A DNA stretch of 32,000 nt from Buchnera aphidicola (Neophyllaphis podocarpi) (lineage in GTDB: Bacteria; Pseudomonadota; Gammaproteobacteria; Enterobacterales; Enterobacteriaceae), in NCBI RefSeq assembly GCF_964059055.1, contig NZ_OZ060386.1, positions 180,001-212,000 of the forward strand, written 5' to 3'. Below, one piece after another: positions 29,910 through 32,000 of the stretch; positions within the stretch are counted from its first letter, which is position 1; every line of letters starts with the position of its first letter. The notes below the pieces were generated by a model, which was not told where the DNA came from, ran no database searches, and saw only the letters and a list, made by a program, of their open reading frames with translations. A program made the translations under genes and the position numbers.

Positions 29910-31046
29910 TTATTTTTTACGTAAAAATGCTGGAATATCCAAATATTCTTTTTCTTTTTTTATTTTTTGATTTATATCTACTGATCTATTAATTTTTTCT
30001 TGCTTAGACAAAAAAGAAAAATATTTGTTCTGTTTTTCCATTATAGTCTTTTTATGAGACTGATTATTGAATATTTTTATATTTTGATTTTTTTCTACTC
30101 CTATTCCAGTAGCTACTACTGTTACTCTTAATTCATCATCTATTTCTGTATCTAATGAAGTTCCAATAACAACAGTTGCATCATCTGAAGAAAATGTTCT
30201 AATAATATTACCTATCGTTTCAAATTCTTCTAAACGCAAGTTTAATCCGGATGTAATATTAACTAAAACTCCTTTTGCCCCAGATAAATCAATATCTTCT
30301 AGAAGTGGGCTGGATATAGCCATTTCTGCTGCTTCTTCTGCTCTTTTATCACCCTTTGATATTCCTGATCCCATCATAGCATAACCCATTTCAGACATTA
30401 CTGTTCTAACATCTGCAAAATCTACGTTCATTAATCCCGGTTTTGTTATTAATTCAGCTATACTTTGAACTGCATCTTTTAAAACATTATTTACAGTACA
30501 AAAAGCATCTATTAATGATGTACCTTTTCCTAATACTTTTAATAATTTATCATTAGGTATAATAATTAAAGAATCAACATATTTAGATAATTCATTAATA
30601 CCTTGTTCTGCAAATAATGTTCTTTTTTTTCCCTCAAAACTAAAAGGTTTGGTTACTACTGCTACTGTTAATATTCCTAAATTTTTTGCTATTTCAGCTA
30701 TTATTGGAGCTGCTCCTGTTCCTGTACCTCCCCCCATACCTGCAGCGATAAAAATCATATCTGCTCCTTCTAAAGATGATTTGATTTCCTCTTTATTTTC
30801 TTCAGCAGCTGTGCGTCCTATTTCCGGATTAGCTCCTGCCCCTAACCCTTTTGTTAAATTATTTCCTATCTGAATAGTATTTTTTACTCCTATTTTTATT
30901 AAAGCTTGAGAATCTGTATTTATTGCAAAAAAATCTACACCTTCTATTTGTTCTTTAACCATGTATTCAACAGCATTTCCCCCTCCTCCTCCAATGCCAA
31001 TAACCTTAATGATAGCCTCATTTGTTTGTTCTTTAGATTCAATCAT
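29910..31046 (-). CDS. ftsZ: cell division protein FtsZ
   Basis: [12 protein letters not shown], the tubulin signature [12 protein letters not shown] and the C-terminal peptide [11 protein letters not shown] are present. Confidence 0.97.
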   Translation of the reverse strand: MIESKEQTNEAIIKVIGIGGGGGNAVEYMVKEQIEGVDFFAINTDSQALIKIGVKNTIQIGNNLTKGLGAGANPEIGRTAAEENKEEIKSSLEGADMIFIAAGMGGGTGTGAAPIIAEIAKNLGILTVAVVTKPFSFEGKKRTLFAEQGINELSKYVDSLIIIPNDKLLKVLGKGTSLIDAFCTVNNVLKDAVQSIAELITKPGLMNVDFADVRTVMSEMGYAMMGSGISKGDKRAEEAAEMAISSPLLEDIDLSGAKGVLVNITSGLNLRLEEFETIGNIIRTFSSDDATVVIGTSLDTEIDDELRVTVVATGIGVEKNQNIKIFNNQSHKKTIMEKQNKYFSFLSKQEKINRSVDINQKIKKEKEYLDIPAFLRKK

Positions 31047-31086
31047 ATATTTATATATTCCTAATTTTTTATAAATTTTAGATATA

Positions 31087-32000
31087 TTAAAATTCTTTTT
31101 TTAACCATTGATATATGTATTTTAAATAACTATTAAAATTTTTTATATTTTTGTTATTTATTTTGTTGTTTATTCTATTTATTCTTCCGTAATGAAGTAA
31201 ACCTACTGGTGTTGAATATATTGGATCTTTTATTATTTCTGTTAATCCTTTAATTTTTATAGGACATCCTATTCTAATATTTTTATTAGAAAATATTTTT
31301 TTTGCACATGGTACTAGATATTTAATCTTAGATCCTCCTCCGGTTAATACAATACTTAAAGAAATTTTTTTGTTTATTTGATATTCTAAAATATCTTTAA
31401 TAGCACTTATTTCTACGTTAACTAATTGCAATAATTCTATATATCTTGCTTCAATTACTTGAAATAATTCGTATTTTAAAATTGGTTTTATATCTTTATT
31501 TTTTAATTTTATAAATTTAATTTTTTCTTGTTTTTCAATATTTTTATGAATACAAGATCCATAATTTATTTTTATAAATTCTGCATCATTTTTTAATAAG
31601 TTAAAAGCATAAGATATATCGTCTGTAACTATATTTCCAGCATAAGGTATAACTTTATTATATTGTATTACCTCATTTACAAAAATAGTAATATCTATAG
31701 TACCTCCTCCTATATCAATAACGCATACACCAAATTTTTTTTCTTCTTCTGTTATAACTGCATAACTTGAAGCTATTCCAGAAAAAATTAACTTATTTAT
31801 TGTAATATTACATTTTTCTATAGATTTTATAATATTTTTAGCTAGATTATTGTCACATGTTGTTAAATGCACATTAGCTTGCATTCTTATTCCAGATAAA
31901 CCTATTGGATTTTTTATTCCATTTTGATCATCTATAGTATATTCTTGAGGTATTACATGTATTACTTTTTTTTTATTGCTAATTTTAACAGATTGAGCAA
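31087..32000 (-). CDS. ftsA: cell division protein FtsA; C-terminal about 300 codons, with the N-terminus beyond the window end
   Basis: The frame stays open upstream of the track's Met at 31884 all the way to 32000 (..[37 protein letters not shown]..). DIGGGT and the C-terminal W.KKEF are present, as in E. coli FtsA. Confidence 0.93.
   Translation of the reverse strand, partial: AQSVKISNKKKVIHVIPQEYTIDDQNGIKNPIGLSGIRMQANVHLTTCDNNLAKNIIKSIEKCNITINKLIFSGIASSYAVITEEEKKFGVCVIDIGGGTIDITIFVNEVIQYNKVIPYAGNIVTDDISYAFNLLKNDAEFIKINYGSCIHKNIEKQEKIKFIKLKNKDIKPILKYELFQVIEARYIELLQLVNVEISAIKDILEYQINKKISLSIVLTGGGSKIKYLVPCAKKIFSNKNIRIGCPIKIKGLTEIIKDPIYSTPVGLLHYGRINRINNKINNKNIKNFNSYLKYIYQWLKKEF

Noticed and set aside
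30649-30873. 74-aa ORF antisense to ftsZ with a Pro/Ala-rich stretch ([14 protein letters not shown])
   Set aside because: It is the reverse-complement image of the FtsZ glycine-rich [10 protein letters not shown] tubulin signature, not an independent gene.
1-32000. Alternative genetic code (UGA = Trp), as found in some tiny symbiont genomes
   Set aside because: TGA terminates nadK, grxD and truA at positions that agree with their orthologs, and Trp is encoded by TGG throughout.

Overview
This is a very AT-rich, gene-dense stretch of a reduced gammaproteobacterial insect-endosymbiont chromosome. Gene content and order best fit Buchnera aphidicola; that is recalled synteny, not a database search. 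The order is ahpC(partial)-ung-grpE-nadK-ssrA-grxD-rnt-sodA-pth-ychF-thrC-thrB-thrA-hpt-panC-panB-folK-dksA-truA-mrcB-secA-coaE-guaC-aceE-aceF-lpdA-mtnN-erpA-ftsZ-ftsA(partial). Every long ORF is a recognisable housekeeping ortholog, and the genetic code is standard (TGG = Trp; TGA, TAA and TAG all stop). I found no tRNA, rRNA, CRISPR array, transposase, integrase or phage gene, and no evidence of a novel multi-gene system. The points worth a second look are smaller. (1) Three genes (pth, ung, panC) have conserved N-terminal coding sequence out of frame with the gene body at a homopolymeric A tract, and each needs +1 A to be restored. (2) A perfect 8 x 24-bp in-frame tandem repeat sits at the 5' end of grpE. 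(3) A GC-rich hairpin plus U-tract lies in the thrA leader, with upstream segments able to form alternative attenuator-like pairings. (4) Unusually long perfect palindromes fill the convergent ung/grpE and hpt/panC junctions. (5) SecA lacks its C-terminal tail, and the neighbouring regulatory or repair genes thrL, secM, pdhR and mutT are absent. All antisense ORFs in the six-frame track look like shadow ORFs.
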